Shown here: one piece after another, positions 9,137 to 18,083 of the stretch | Position numbering within the stretch: position 1 is the first letter of the stretch | Layout of the letters: each line of letters starts with the position of its first letter | Assembly (NCBI GenBank): GCA_035347995.1 | Contig: DAOPQD010000005.1 | Coordinates: forward strand, 6,433-70,432 | Length of the DNA stretch: 64,000 bases | Reading direction: 5' to 3' | Origin: Anaerolineae bacterium | GTDB taxonomy: Bacteria > Chloroflexota > Anaerolineae > B4-G1 > SLSP01 | Position numbers and translations under genes: made by a program | Notes under the pieces: generated by a model | Databases searched by the model: none | What the model was told of the DNA's origin: nothing | Seen by the model: the letters and a program-made list of their open reading frames with translations, nothing else

Positions 9137-9918
9137 TGCAGATCCAGGAAATCCTGCACAACCTGGTTAAAATGGTCTTTTTCATCCAGCATGGGAAAAT
9201 GCCCGGAGCCTTCAAAGTAATGGATCAGCGCATGTTTGACTCCGGCCTGCAACACGTTGCCCTGATGGGGATCCACGATATTGTCCTTGACCCCATAAAC
9301 GCCCATGACCGGGATGCGCAGCTCTTGTAAGCGAGGGCGCAAATCGGTAAAGCGCAAATCGCGGATGCTATCCGAAAAAGAGTTCATCGTGGTGCTGGAT
9401 AAGTCCTTTTGAAACATCTCGTACCAGGTGCGCCAGTCGCGGGCGTAAAACCGCGAGGCGATCCGCATCCCAAAAGCGAAAGCGCGCGGGAACCGATACA
9501 GCAATCCGGCAATGCGCCGGTTACCGGCCAGTTTGAGCGGCACCGCCAGCCCTGAACCGACCACGGGGGAGCCTACCACCGCCACACGCGAGACCCGCTG
9601 CGGATACATCAACGCCAGGCTCAGCGAGACGGTCCCCCCCATCGAGTGCCCCATCACCGGCGCACGCTCCACACCCAGGCGTTCCATGAACTGATTCACC
9701 ATCTCCACATATTCGCCGACGGTGAATGCCCCGTGTTTGGCCGACTCGCCAAAGCCCCAGAAATCAAGCGCGTAGGTCTTGTACCTGGAAGCCAACAGCT
9801 GCATCGTGGGAAGCCAATAGCTCCACGAACCCAACCAGCAATGCAGCAAGATCACCGGCTTGCCGCGTCCGATGGCTTCATAGTGGACGATTCCACGATC
9901 GGTGACAATGGCTACCAT
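9133..9918 (-). CDS. alpha/beta hydrolase fold protein (paralog of the gene at 1-264)
   Basis: 261-aa ORF with HCWLGSW...ALDFWGFGES...GHSMGG, which contains the GxSxG nucleophile elbow. Confidence 0.85.
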   Translation of the reverse strand: MVAIVTDRGIVHYEAIGRGKPVILLHCWLGSWSYWLPTMQLLASRYKTYALDFWGFGESAKHGAFTVGEYVEMVNQFMERLGVERAPVMGHSMGGTVSLSLALMYPQRVSRVAVVGSPVVGSGLAVPLKLAGNRRIAGLLYRFPRAFAFGMRIASRFYARDWRTWYEMFQKDLSSTTMNSFSDSIRDLRFTDLRPRLQELRIPVMGVYGVKDNIVDPHQGNVLQAGVKHALIHYFEGSGHFPMLDEKDHFNQVVQDFLDLQ

Positions 9919-10011
9919 GACATCAATTCCGGCCTCTCCCCAGTGCTTCTATGATAACATACCTCTTGCGGCCGAAGCAAAAGGGGCCGTTGCGGTTCGG
10001 TTAAAAAACGG

Positions 10012-10551
10012 TTACTCTTCGGTCTGATCCATGACCTCGAGGATTGAATACAGGAGTTCCAGCAACACTTGCTTGACGCTCTCACGGTCGCGCGCCACGC
10101 ACGGGACGACCTTGACGCCCGGCTCAATCTTGAGCACGATGCGCAAGTCATCAGCCGGCCAGGCATCCGGTATGTCCTGCTTGTTGGCGGCGACGATGTA
10201 CGGCACAGGCGAATAGGCGCGGAAAGTGTCTAAAATGCGCTGCGCCTCGCGGAAGGTCTCCGGCCGGGTGCTGTCCACCATCACCACAAAGCCCAGCATC
10301 CCCTCAGAGAGGATTTCCCACATAAAATCGAAACGGCGCTGTCCCGGCGTGCCAAACAAATAGAGGATCAATTCCTCATCAATGGTAATGCGACCGAAGT
10401 CCATCGCCACCGTCGTCGCGTCCTTAATACGCTCGGCCCGGCTGGAGATCTTCCTTTCGGTCGAAACGACATCAATTTCACTCACACTCTGGATGAATTC
10501 GGTCTTCCCAGAAGCAAAGGGCCCCGTCACGACGATCTTCAGTGTTTGCAT
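10012..10551 (-). CDS. small Ras-like GTPase of the MglA-like/Arf-like prokaryotic family
   Basis: 179-aa ORF with P-loop GPFASGKT, G3 region LFGTPGQRRF (the usual Asp is not present) and G4 NKQD. Confidence 0.8.
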   Translation of the reverse strand: MQTLKIVVTGPFASGKTEFIQSVSEIDVVSTERKISSRAERIKDATTVAMDFGRITIDEELILYLFGTPGQRRFDFMWEILSEGMLGFVVMVDSTRPETFREAQRILDTFRAYSPVPYIVAANKQDIPDAWPADDLRIVLKIEPGVKVVPCVARDRESVKQVLLELLYSILEVMDQTEE

Positions 10552-10554
10552 GGA

Positions 10555-11415
10555 CTAGAGCTCCCGAATGCGATCAATGAGCTTGTGAATCAAGCTGCGC
10601 TTGACGTCAGGGCGACGCGCCCCCATCATGGCCTCAGGACGTTCCTTCTCCTCCGGCCGAACGCTCCGCGGCTCCCCGACCGTGGCTTCAGCCATCTGCC
10701 TCGGCGGACGAATGATTTCGACCAACCCCGCTTGCAGCAGGCCATAGACGATCTTGCGAATCTGAAATTCGCTCATGTTGTTGTACTGTGCGATCTGCCG
10801 GATGGCGTTGCGCGGATTGACGAAGGAAATCACCCGCCACTCCTCCACAGTCAGGTTCACATCCCGCAACGGGGTGTTGGGCTTCTCGGCAAATTTCAGC
10901 GCCACGTCGAGGGAAGGGATCTCTTCCTGCAGCCGTTCCCACTCTTTGAGCCGCCGGCTCCCCTCCATAATGACGTTTTCCAGGGCAATCGAGCTCACCA
11001 GCTTGCCCTGAATGGGCAACTCGTTCGGCTCGAAGCGGAACGTCCCCGCATTCCAGGAAAACACGCTGTAAGCCGTGTCCGTGATGTGTTGGCGCACGAG
11101 CTGCACCAGTTCCTGCTGCTGGACATGTCCCGACTGGATAAGCATCAGCGCCACATCCCGGTCGGGTTTGCTACCCATGTTGGTCGCAATAACGCGCGCC
11201 TGCTCCGCCGTCAACTTACCCGCTTTTTGTAGCAAAGGCAACAACGCGAGTTCCTGTCCATCCGCCGCCGCGTACACTAACGCTCCCTCGCGGAAACACA
11301 GGTAGGCCTTGCTTTGCGCACCCTCCAGGTAGAGCGTCCCCGTTTTACGGGCCAGGTTGATCAGGTTCAGCAGTTGTGTGATGCCGAAATCCTTCAAGTT
11401 GCCTTTTAGCGCCAT
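10555..11415 (-). CDS. DUF4388 domain protein
   Basis: 286-aa ORF whose N-terminus LKGNLKDFGITQLLNLINLARKTGTLYLEG matches the DUF4388 signature. This family is frequently encoded next to MglA-like GTPases. Confidence 0.65.
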   Translation of the reverse strand: MALKGNLKDFGITQLLNLINLARKTGTLYLEGAQSKAYLCFREGALVYAAADGQELALLPLLQKAGKLTAEQARVIATNMGSKPDRDVALMLIQSGHVQQQELVQLVRQHITDTAYSVFSWNAGTFRFEPNELPIQGKLVSSIALENVIMEGSRRLKEWERLQEEIPSLDVALKFAEKPNTPLRDVNLTVEEWRVISFVNPRNAIRQIAQYNNMSEFQIRKIVYGLLQAGLVEIIRPPRQMAEATVGEPRSVRPEEKERPEAMMGARRPDVKRSLIHKLIDRIREL

Positions 11416-11480
11416 TTCTGCCGTCCTTACTCCGATCTCAGGAAAACCAAAAGTGTGTCGTGAAAATCTTACATAACCCC

Positions 11481-11508
11481 ATTATAACTTGCTTCTAAGA
11501 GTCAGCAA
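11481..11508 (-). promoter_or_regulatory. candidate sigma-70-type promoter for the 11.4-kb minus-strand gene array (TTGCTG, 16-nt spacer, TATAAT on the minus strand), overlapping the recN stop
   Basis: Minus-strand reading ttgctgactcttagaagcaagttataatgg, followed by a ~60-nt 5' UTR containing AAGGACGG before the ATG at 11415. Confidence 0.35.
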
Positions 11509-13330
11509 ACCCGCCTTTATGCGCGGCCGCCTGCGCCAGAAGTTCTTCCGCGCCCTGCCGCGAGGCCGCGCCCTGCGTCCCCAACATCTGCGCCAGTTCC
11601 TCCAACCGCGACGCCGTTTCCAAACGCCGCACCGTGGTCACCGTGCGCCCTTCCACCACGGCCTTTTGCACGCCGTAATGGGCATCGCCAAACGCGGCCA
11701 GCTGCGGCAGATGGGTGATGCACAACACCTGATGCGCCGGCTGTGCGTCCCCCGTGGCCGCTCCCGTTGGCCGGGTCAGCCGCCAGAGCTTGGCGCCGAC
11801 AATGGCCCCAACGCGCCCGCCGATGCCCTGATCAATCTCGTCGAAAATCAACGTCGGTGTGCGATCGGCGCGCGAAAGCACCGTCTTGAGCGCCAGCATG
11901 AGCCGCGCCGTCTCTCCCCCCGAAGCAATGCGCGCCAGCGGCTTGAGTCCCTCGCCTACATTCGGCGCGATCAGGAATTCCACCTGCTCCACCCCCGTGA
12001 GATCGAAAGCGGCGGACGATACGGGAGTGTCGTCCTGGACCTCGACGTCGTCTGCCGTGACCCACACCTCCGCCGGCAGCGCCGTTTCCAGCGGCAGACC
12101 GGCGGGGTCCGTCTCACAGCGGAACGCGACGCCAAACCGCGTCCCCCCCATGCGCAGATCGGCCAGTTCCCCCTCAACGCCGGCAGCCAGCCGTCGCGCG
12201 GCATCTCGTCGCGCCGCCGACAGCGTCCCACACAGTTCCGCCGCCGCCACACTGCACGCCGCCGCCGCTTCTTCCAGCCCGGCGATGCGCTCGTCGCTGT
12301 GCTCCAGAGCTTCCAGCTCCGCCGCGATTCTGGTCGCGTAGGCCAGAATCTCAGGGATGTCGCCGCCGTATTTGCGCCGCAGGCTGTGAATCAGCGCCAG
12401 GCGCTCCTCGACCTGCTGCAGCCGGCGCGGGTTGAACTCGATGCGGCCCAGGTATTCCCGCAGGGAGCGCGCCAGATCCTCGAGCTGATACACTGCTTCC
12501 AGCCAGGCGCTCTCCTGAGAGCTCAGCGAGGGATCCACCCGCACCAGCGCGGCCATCTCCCGTTGCCCCTGGCCCAACAGATCAAGCACCGCCGGCGACT
12601 CTTCCGCGCCCTCCTCGAGCAGCGTCAGCAACGTCGCCGTCAGCGACGCCAGCTGCTCCGCATTCGCCAGGCGAACGCGCTCTGCCGCAAGCTCGTCCTC
12701 CTCGCCGATTTGCAACGCCGCGGCCGTGAGCTCCTGCAGCTGGAAGCGCAACAGGTCCTGCCGCTGCATCCGGCTGCTTTCGTCCTGGCGCAGCGCTTGC
12801 AACTCCCGCCGTACTGCCTGCAGGCGTCGGACCGCCTCAGCGACGCGCTCCCGCAATTCCCCGAGATCGGCAAAGCGATCCAGCAGCTGCACATGCTCCG
12901 CAACCCGCAGGAGGCTCAGATGCTCGCTCTGCCCGTGAATGTCCACCAACTGCTCGCCAAGCTGGCGCAACAACGCCGCCGCGACCACCGAGCCGTTGAC
13001 ACGCGCGACCGAACGGCCATTGTCGCGGAGCTCGCGACTCAGCCACAGCACATCGGCGGCCTCGCTATCCAGCCCCTCTTGCTCGAGGAGCGGCGCGAGC
13101 CGCGCCTGCTGCCCGGCGTCGAGCTGAAACATCCCTTCGACCAAGGCGCGCGTGGCGCCCTCGCGGATCGCCGTCGCATCGGCGCGCCCGCCCAGCAACA
13201 GCATCACCGCATCAATCACGATGGATTTACCGGCGCCGGTCTCCCCTGTGAGAATATTGAAACCCGGCTCCAGGTTCAAATGCAATTCGTCAATGATGGC
13301 AAAATCTCGAATATGCAGCTCTTTTAACAC
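11495..13330 (-). CDS. recN: DNA repair protein RecN
   Basis: 611-aa ORF MLKELHIRDFAIIDELHLNLEPGFNILTGETGAGKSIVIDA... with a long coiled-coil and a C-terminal ABC signature. Confidence 0.95.
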   Translation of the reverse strand: MLKELHIRDFAIIDELHLNLEPGFNILTGETGAGKSIVIDAVMLLLGGRADATAIREGATRALVEGMFQLDAGQQARLAPLLEQEGLDSEAADVLWLSRELRDNGRSVARVNGSVVAAALLRQLGEQLVDIHGQSEHLSLLRVAEHVQLLDRFADLGELRERVAEAVRRLQAVRRELQALRQDESSRMQRQDLLRFQLQELTAAALQIGEEDELAAERVRLANAEQLASLTATLLTLLEEGAEESPAVLDLLGQGQREMAALVRVDPSLSSQESAWLEAVYQLEDLARSLREYLGRIEFNPRRLQQVEERLALIHSLRRKYGGDIPEILAYATRIAAELEALEHSDERIAGLEEAAAACSVAAAELCGTLSAARRDAARRLAAGVEGELADLRMGGTRFGVAFRCETDPAGLPLETALPAEVWVTADDVEVQDDTPVSSAAFDLTGVEQVEFLIAPNVGEGLKPLARIASGGETARLMLALKTVLSRADRTPTLIFDEIDQGIGGRVGAIVGAKLWRLTRPTGAATGDAQPAHQVLCITHLPQLAAFGDAHYGVQKAVVEGRTVTTVRRLETASRLEELAQMLGTQGAASRQGAEELLAQAAAHKGGFADS

Positions 13331-13393
13331 ACGCGCCCCTCACCCCGCAGATATACTCGCGCTTCAGTTATACTTTCCACTATACTTTCCACG

Positions 13394-13414
13394 GTTACAA
13401 TCTTTCATTGTAAC
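13394..13414. promoter_or_regulatory. perfect 8+8 inverted repeat GTTACAAT-ctttc-ATTGTAAC located 64-84 bp upstream of the recN start; candidate SOS/LexA-type operator
   Basis: The palindrome is read directly. It is preceded by the tandem repeat tatactttccac x2 (13366-13392). Confidence 0.4.
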
Positions 13415-13458
13415 GATTCAACCACCGACTGAGAAACGGCATAGATTTCAGAGCAATT

Positions 13459-13659
13459 GCTGAAAGAATCAAATTTGTAATACGTACCGCCTTTGCCCCC
13501 TATCCCCTTCCCCCCGCGCGCGCGGGGGGAAGGGGACTTTTTTGCCCCCTTATTTTTTCTCCCCCTCCCCAGTGCGTGCACTGGGGAGGGGCAAAAACTA
13601 CCGGTCACAAAGGTTCGTCCATTGCCGTCTGGATAGTTGACGCCAGGTTGAACAGTTAC
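13459..13659 (+). repeat. copy 1 of a ~200-250-bp structured intergenic repeat element made of modular GC-rich hairpins each followed by T-runs
   Basis: It shares its start (gctgaa(a)gaatcaa), a body (tttgccccctatcccc, the palindrome ccccttccccccgcgcgc(gc)ggggggaagggg + T-run, ttattttttctccccctcccca-loop-tggggagggg) and a tail (acaaaggttcRtccatYgccgtc...cgccaggYtgaacagtYac) with the copy at 47836-48085. Confidence 0.8.
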
Positions 13660-13969
13660 GAGATTTGAAAGATTATGGCCGTGAGCAGTATCACATCATC
13701 GAAAATTTACCAGAGATGCCGGAGACACAGGAAAAATCTGATAAGACGCCGTGTCCTCTGTGACTCCAGGGTTAAAATTATTTGCGCCGCTGAGGCCGTC
13801 TTATTTCCGATACCGTCCAATGAAAAAAAGCATATACCTGATTAGCCGAGAAAGCAAGTCCGCCGACGTTTGGAAGGCTTTGAAACAGGTCTGAGAGCTT
13901 TTGAGAGCTGCTTTATGCTAAGATGTGAGCGTTAAAAGATAGCCAGGACATCGGGAGTATAGTCTGCCT

Positions 13970-15271
13970 GTGGAACACAGTTCCCGTATTGCGGGATTTT
14001 ATAATCTGAGCGGCGCTGAACGTCTGCAGCTGGTTGCCGACTGGGCCGCGCTGAATGCCGAAGAGCAAGCCGTGCTCTCCGGCATTTTGGGCCTGGATGT
14101 GGAACACGGCGCGGCCATGATCGAGAACGTTATCGGGATCTACAGCCTGCCACTCGGCATCGCCGCCAATTTCACGGTGAACGGCCGCGACGTGCTGGTG
14201 CCCATGGTGATCGAGGAGCCGTCGGTCGTCGCGGGGGCCTCGCTGGCTGCCCGACTGGCGCGCGCCGGCGGTGGCTTCAGCGCAAGCACCGCCGAGCCGG
14301 TGATGATCGGACAGCTGCAGGTCATGGGCCTTGACGATCTCGAGGCCGCGCAGGCGCGCCTTCTGGCGGAGAAAGCGGCACTCCTGGCCCTGGCCCATGC
14401 CGTGGACCCTGTCCTCGCGCAGCTGGGCGGCGGCGCGCAAGACCTGGAAGTCCGCCTCCTGCCGGAGACGCCCGCCGGTCCCATGCTCATCGTGCACCTG
14501 CTCTACGACGTGCGCGACGCGATGGGCGCCAATGCTGTCAACACGGCCTGTGAACGCCTCGCGCCGGAAATCGCTCGGCTTACCGGCGGGAGAGTCTTCC
14601 TGCGCATTCTGAGCAACCTGGCGGATCGTCGCCTGGCGCGCGCCGGGGTCGTCATCCCCGAAAGCGCGCTGGCGTTTGATCACTTCAGCGGCGAAACGGT
14701 CGCCCTCGGCATCGAACAGGCCTGGGCCTTCGCTGCCGCCGATCCCTACCGCGCCGCGACGCACAACAAAGGCATCATGAATGGCGTGGATGCGGTCGTG
14801 CTCGCTACGGGGAACGACTGGCGCGCCATCGAAGCGGGGGCCCATGCCTACGCCGCCCGCGAGGGGCGCTACACGAGCCTCAGCACGTGGCAGCGCGATG
14901 GGAAGGGCAACCTCGTCGGCAGCCTGGAGCTGCCCCTGGCGTTGGGCATCGTCGGCGGGGCGACGCGCGTGCATCCGACGGCGCGGGTCGCGCTCAAAAT
15001 CCTGGGGGTGCAGACTGCCCGCGAGCTGGCGGAGATCGTCGCCAGCGTGGGACTGGCGCAGAATCTCGCCGCGCTCCGCGCCCTGGCGACAGAGGGCATC
15101 CAGAAGGGACACATGAGCCTGCACGCCCGGCAGGTCGCCATGGCAGCCGGCGCTACGGGAGAAGCCATCGAGCGCGTCGCCGAGGCCATGATCGCCGAGG
15201 GCGTTATCCGCGTGGATCGCGCCACGGCCTGGTTAGAGCATTTTTACCGCGAGGAGCACGGCGCCGCGTGA
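13970..15271 (+). CDS. hydroxymethylglutaryl-CoA reductase, class II; GTG start
   Basis: 433-aa ORF with ...ENVIGIYSLPLGIAANFTVNGRDVLVPMVIEEPSVVAGAS... typical of class II HMGR. Confidence 0.9.
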   Translation: MEHSSRIAGFYNLSGAERLQLVADWAALNAEEQAVLSGILGLDVEHGAAMIENVIGIYSLPLGIAANFTVNGRDVLVPMVIEEPSVVAGASLAARLARAGGGFSASTAEPVMIGQLQVMGLDDLEAAQARLLAEKAALLALAHAVDPVLAQLGGGAQDLEVRLLPETPAGPMLIVHLLYDVRDAMGANAVNTACERLAPEIARLTGGRVFLRILSNLADRRLARAGVVIPESALAFDHFSGETVALGIEQAWAFAAADPYRAATHNKGIMNGVDAVVLATGNDWRAIEAGAHAYAAREGRYTSLSTWQRDGKGNLVGSLELPLALGIVGGATRVHPTARVALKILGVQTARELAEIVASVGLAQNLAALRALATEGIQKGHMSLHARQVAMAAGATGEAIERVAEAMIAEGVIRVDRATAWLEHFYREEHGAA

Positions 15272-15319
15272 GGCGTCGCACCGTGTCCGGCGCGCCGAAA
15301 CTGGAATCAGGAGGTCATT

Positions 15320-16384
15320 GTGGCAGAACGTTGGACCATGCATCCACAACGCCCGGTGGGAATTGTCGGTTATGGCTCGTACGTGCCCATGTACCGCCTG
15401 CCCAATGCGGAAATCAGCCGCATCTGGGGCAGCGGCGATGAGGGGGGGCCCATCAAGGAAAAGGCCGTCGCCGGATTGGATGAGGACACAATCACCATTG
15501 CGATCGAGGCCGCGCGCAACGCTTTGAGTCGCGCCGGCATTGCTCCCGAAGACATCCGCGCGGTCTGGATAGGCAGCGAATCGCATCCCTACGCCGTCAA
15601 ACCGAGTTCGACGGTCGTGGCTGAAGCGCTCGGCACGTCCCCCTATCACCTGGCGGCGGACCTGGAATTCGCCTGCAAGGCCGGCACCGAGGCGCTGCAG
15701 GCGGCCATCGGCCTGGTCGGCTCTGGCATGGCGCGCTACGCCCTGGCCATCGGCGCGGACACGGCGCAAGGGCGGCCCGGCGATGCGCTGGAATACACCG
15801 CTGCTTCCGGCGGGACCGCCTTCATCGTAGGGCCGGCGGAGGAGGCGCTCGCGGTGCTGCGCGGGTCGCTCTCTTTCGTCACCGATACGCCCGACTTCTG
15901 GCGGCGCGCCTATCAACATTATCCCAGCCACGGCGGACGCTTTACCGGCGAACCGGCTTACTTCCACCACATTCAATCCGCTGCTGAGGCGCTGCTGGAG
16001 GAGATGGGATTGGGGCCCCAGGATTTCACCTACGCCATCTTCCATCAGCCCAACGTCAAATTCCCGGAGCGGGTAGGCAAGCGCCTGGGCTTCACCAAAG
16101 AGCAGCTGCAGCCGGGTCTGATCAGCAACCGCATTGGGAACACCTACGCCGGCGCGGCGGTGACGGGCCTCTCGGCGACGCTGGATGTCGCCAAAGCGGG
16201 GGATCGCATCCTCATGGTCAGCTTCGGCTCCGGCGCCGGCTCCGACGCTTTCGTGTGGGACGTCACGGGGGCGCTGGAAGAGCGGCGACATCACGCGCCG
16301 CTGGTACAAGACTATATCGCCCGCCGCGTGGAAATTGACTACGGTCTGTATGTCCGCTATCGCGGCAAACTGCTGGTGAAGTAG
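15320..16384 (+). CDS. HMG-CoA synthase, archaeal type (~350 aa)
   Basis: 354-aa [28 protein letters not shown]... Confidence 0.85.
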   Translation: MAERWTMHPQRPVGIVGYGSYVPMYRLPNAEISRIWGSGDEGGPIKEKAVAGLDEDTITIAIEAARNALSRAGIAPEDIRAVWIGSESHPYAVKPSSTVVAEALGTSPYHLAADLEFACKAGTEALQAAIGLVGSGMARYALAIGADTAQGRPGDALEYTAASGGTAFIVGPAEEALAVLRGSLSFVTDTPDFWRRAYQHYPSHGGRFTGEPAYFHHIQSAAEALLEEMGLGPQDFTYAIFHQPNVKFPERVGKRLGFTKEQLQPGLISNRIGNTYAGAAVTGLSATLDVAKAGDRILMVSFGSGAGSDAFVWDVTGALEERRHHAPLVQDYIARRVEIDYGLYVRYRGKLLVK

Positions 16385-16393
16385 GAGGCACGG

Positions 16394-17551
16394 ATGCGCG
16401 ACGTAGCCATTATCGGCATCGGCCAGACGCCGGTTCAAGAACATTGGCCCATCAGCCTGCGGCATCTGGCGCTGGAAGCGGCGCTGAACGCGCTCCACGA
16501 TGCCAACATCGAAAAAGTGGACGCCATCTATGTCGGCAATATGCTTTCGGGTGAAATCACCGGCCAGGAGCATCTCGGCGCGTTGCTCGCCGACGAGCTG
16601 GGACAGTCGGGCGCTGAGGCTTTGAAGGTAGAAGCGGCGTGCGCTTCGGGCGCGGCGGCGCTGCGCGTGGGGATGATGGCGGTCGCCAGCGGGATGAACG
16701 ATCTGGTGTTGGTGACCGGCGTGGAGAAGATGACGGACACGTCGGGCCGTGAGACGACGGCGGCGCTGGCCATGGCGGCAGACGCGGAATATGAAGTCGC
16801 GCAGGGCGTGTCGTTTGTGAGCCTCAACGCGCTGTTGATGCGCCGCTACATGTACGAATACGGCTGGGAACGTAAGGATTTCGCCAATTTCGTGGTGACG
16901 GCGCACGCCAACGGGATGAAAAATCCCAACGCGATGTTTCACATGAAGGTGACGCCGGAACAATATGCGCATTGCGCCACCATCGCCGATCCGGTGGGCC
17001 TGCTCGACGCTTCGCCGGTCTGCGATGGAGCTGCGGCGGTAGTCCTGGCGCCCGCGGAGTACGCGCGCACCCTCAGCCCGGCGCCGATCCGCATTCGTGG
17101 GTCAGGCATCGCTACAGCGCCGATCGCCGTCCACGACCGCAAGGATCCGCTGGCGCTGGAAGCAGCGCGCCTGTCGGTCAAGCGCGCTTATGAAATGGCG
17201 AAGGTGAAGCCGCAGGACATCAGCTTCTTCGAACTGCACGACGCCTTCACCATCATGTCGGCGCTGAGCCTGGAGGCTGCCGGCTTCGCCGAGCGGGGGC
17301 AGGGCGTGCGGTTGGCGCTCGATGGGGAGATCACGCTGGAGGGGCGGATTCCCATCGCCACCATGGGCGGGCTGAAGTCGCGGGGGCATCCTGTCGGTGC
17401 GACGGGCATGTATCAGGTCGTGGAGGCCGTCCTGCAATTGCGGGGGTTGGCGGGGAAAAATCAGCTGCACCATCCGCGCCTGGGCATGACCCAGAACATC
17501 GGCGGCAGCGGCGCCACCATCATCACGACGATTTTGGAAGCGATGGGGTGA
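16394..17551 (+). CDS. acetoacetyl-CoA thiolase, archaeal-type thiolase
   Basis: 385-aa ORF VAIIGIGQTPVQEHWP...ACASGAAALR... Confidence 0.85.
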   Translation: MRDVAIIGIGQTPVQEHWPISLRHLALEAALNALHDANIEKVDAIYVGNMLSGEITGQEHLGALLADELGQSGAEALKVEAACASGAAALRVGMMAVASGMNDLVLVTGVEKMTDTSGRETTAALAMAADAEYEVAQGVSFVSLNALLMRRYMYEYGWERKDFANFVVTAHANGMKNPNAMFHMKVTPEQYAHCATIADPVGLLDASPVCDGAAAVVLAPAEYARTLSPAPIRIRGSGIATAPIAVHDRKDPLALEAARLSVKRAYEMAKVKPQDISFFELHDAFTIMSALSLEAAGFAERGQGVRLALDGEITLEGRIPIATMGGLKSRGHPVGATGMYQVVEAVLQLRGLAGKNQLHHPRLGMTQNIGGSGATIITTILEAMG

Positions 17552-17646
17552 GCAGGAATGCGTAACGAGTGATGCGTCAAAGGGAACAGCCCTACACGGC
17601 GCGCATTATGTTTGACAATGCTTGATTCTCAGAAAGGAGAGCTCTC

Positions 17647-18057
17647 ATGGAAGGAAAAGTTGCTCACGATTGGCGGTTGAAGGGTCAGCGGTATCGTCTG
17701 GAGGGAGAAGAGTGCCCACATTGCAAGGCCAAGATTTTCCCGCCGCGGGACATCTGCCCGGAATGCAAGCAGCCGGCAAAGGAACCCTATCGCCTGAGCG
17801 GGCGCGGCGAGGTTTACACTTTCAGCACGCTCAACAGCGCGCCTGAGGGCTTCGAGGGGTTTGTTCCCTACACCGTGGCGCTGATTAAGCTGGAGGAAGG
17901 CCCGATGATCACGGCTCAGCTCACCGATGTGGCGCCAGAGGATGTGCGCATCGGGATGCCGGTGGAGATGGTCACCCGCAAGTTGCGCGCGCAAGGCGAC
18001 GAAGGCACGATCATCTACGGCTACAAGTTCCGCCCGGCGGGATGGGGGCACGTCTAG
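17647..18057 (+). CDS. DUF35 family OB-fold/zinc-ribbon protein (scaffold of the thiolase/HMG-CoA synthase complex)
   Basis: 136-aa ORF with a CPHC...CPEC zinc ribbon followed by an OB-fold region. Confidence 0.8.
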   Translation: MEGKVAHDWRLKGQRYRLEGEECPHCKAKIFPPRDICPECKQPAKEPYRLSGRGEVYTFSTLNSAPEGFEGFVPYTVALIKLEEGPMITAQLTDVAPEDVRIGMPVEMVTRKLRAQGDEGTIIYGYKFRPAGWGHV

Positions 18058-18083
18058 CCGATTCCCCATTGGTCACACGTCAT

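Noticed and set aside
11489-13327. 612-aa plus-strand ORF the same size as recN
   Set aside because: It is the mirror frame of recN. The recN translation has the canonical RecN N-terminus and ABC motifs, and this one is Arg/Pro/Gln-rich junk.
13913-15124. 403-aa minus-strand ORF
   Set aside because: Antisense to the class II HMG-CoA reductase gene.
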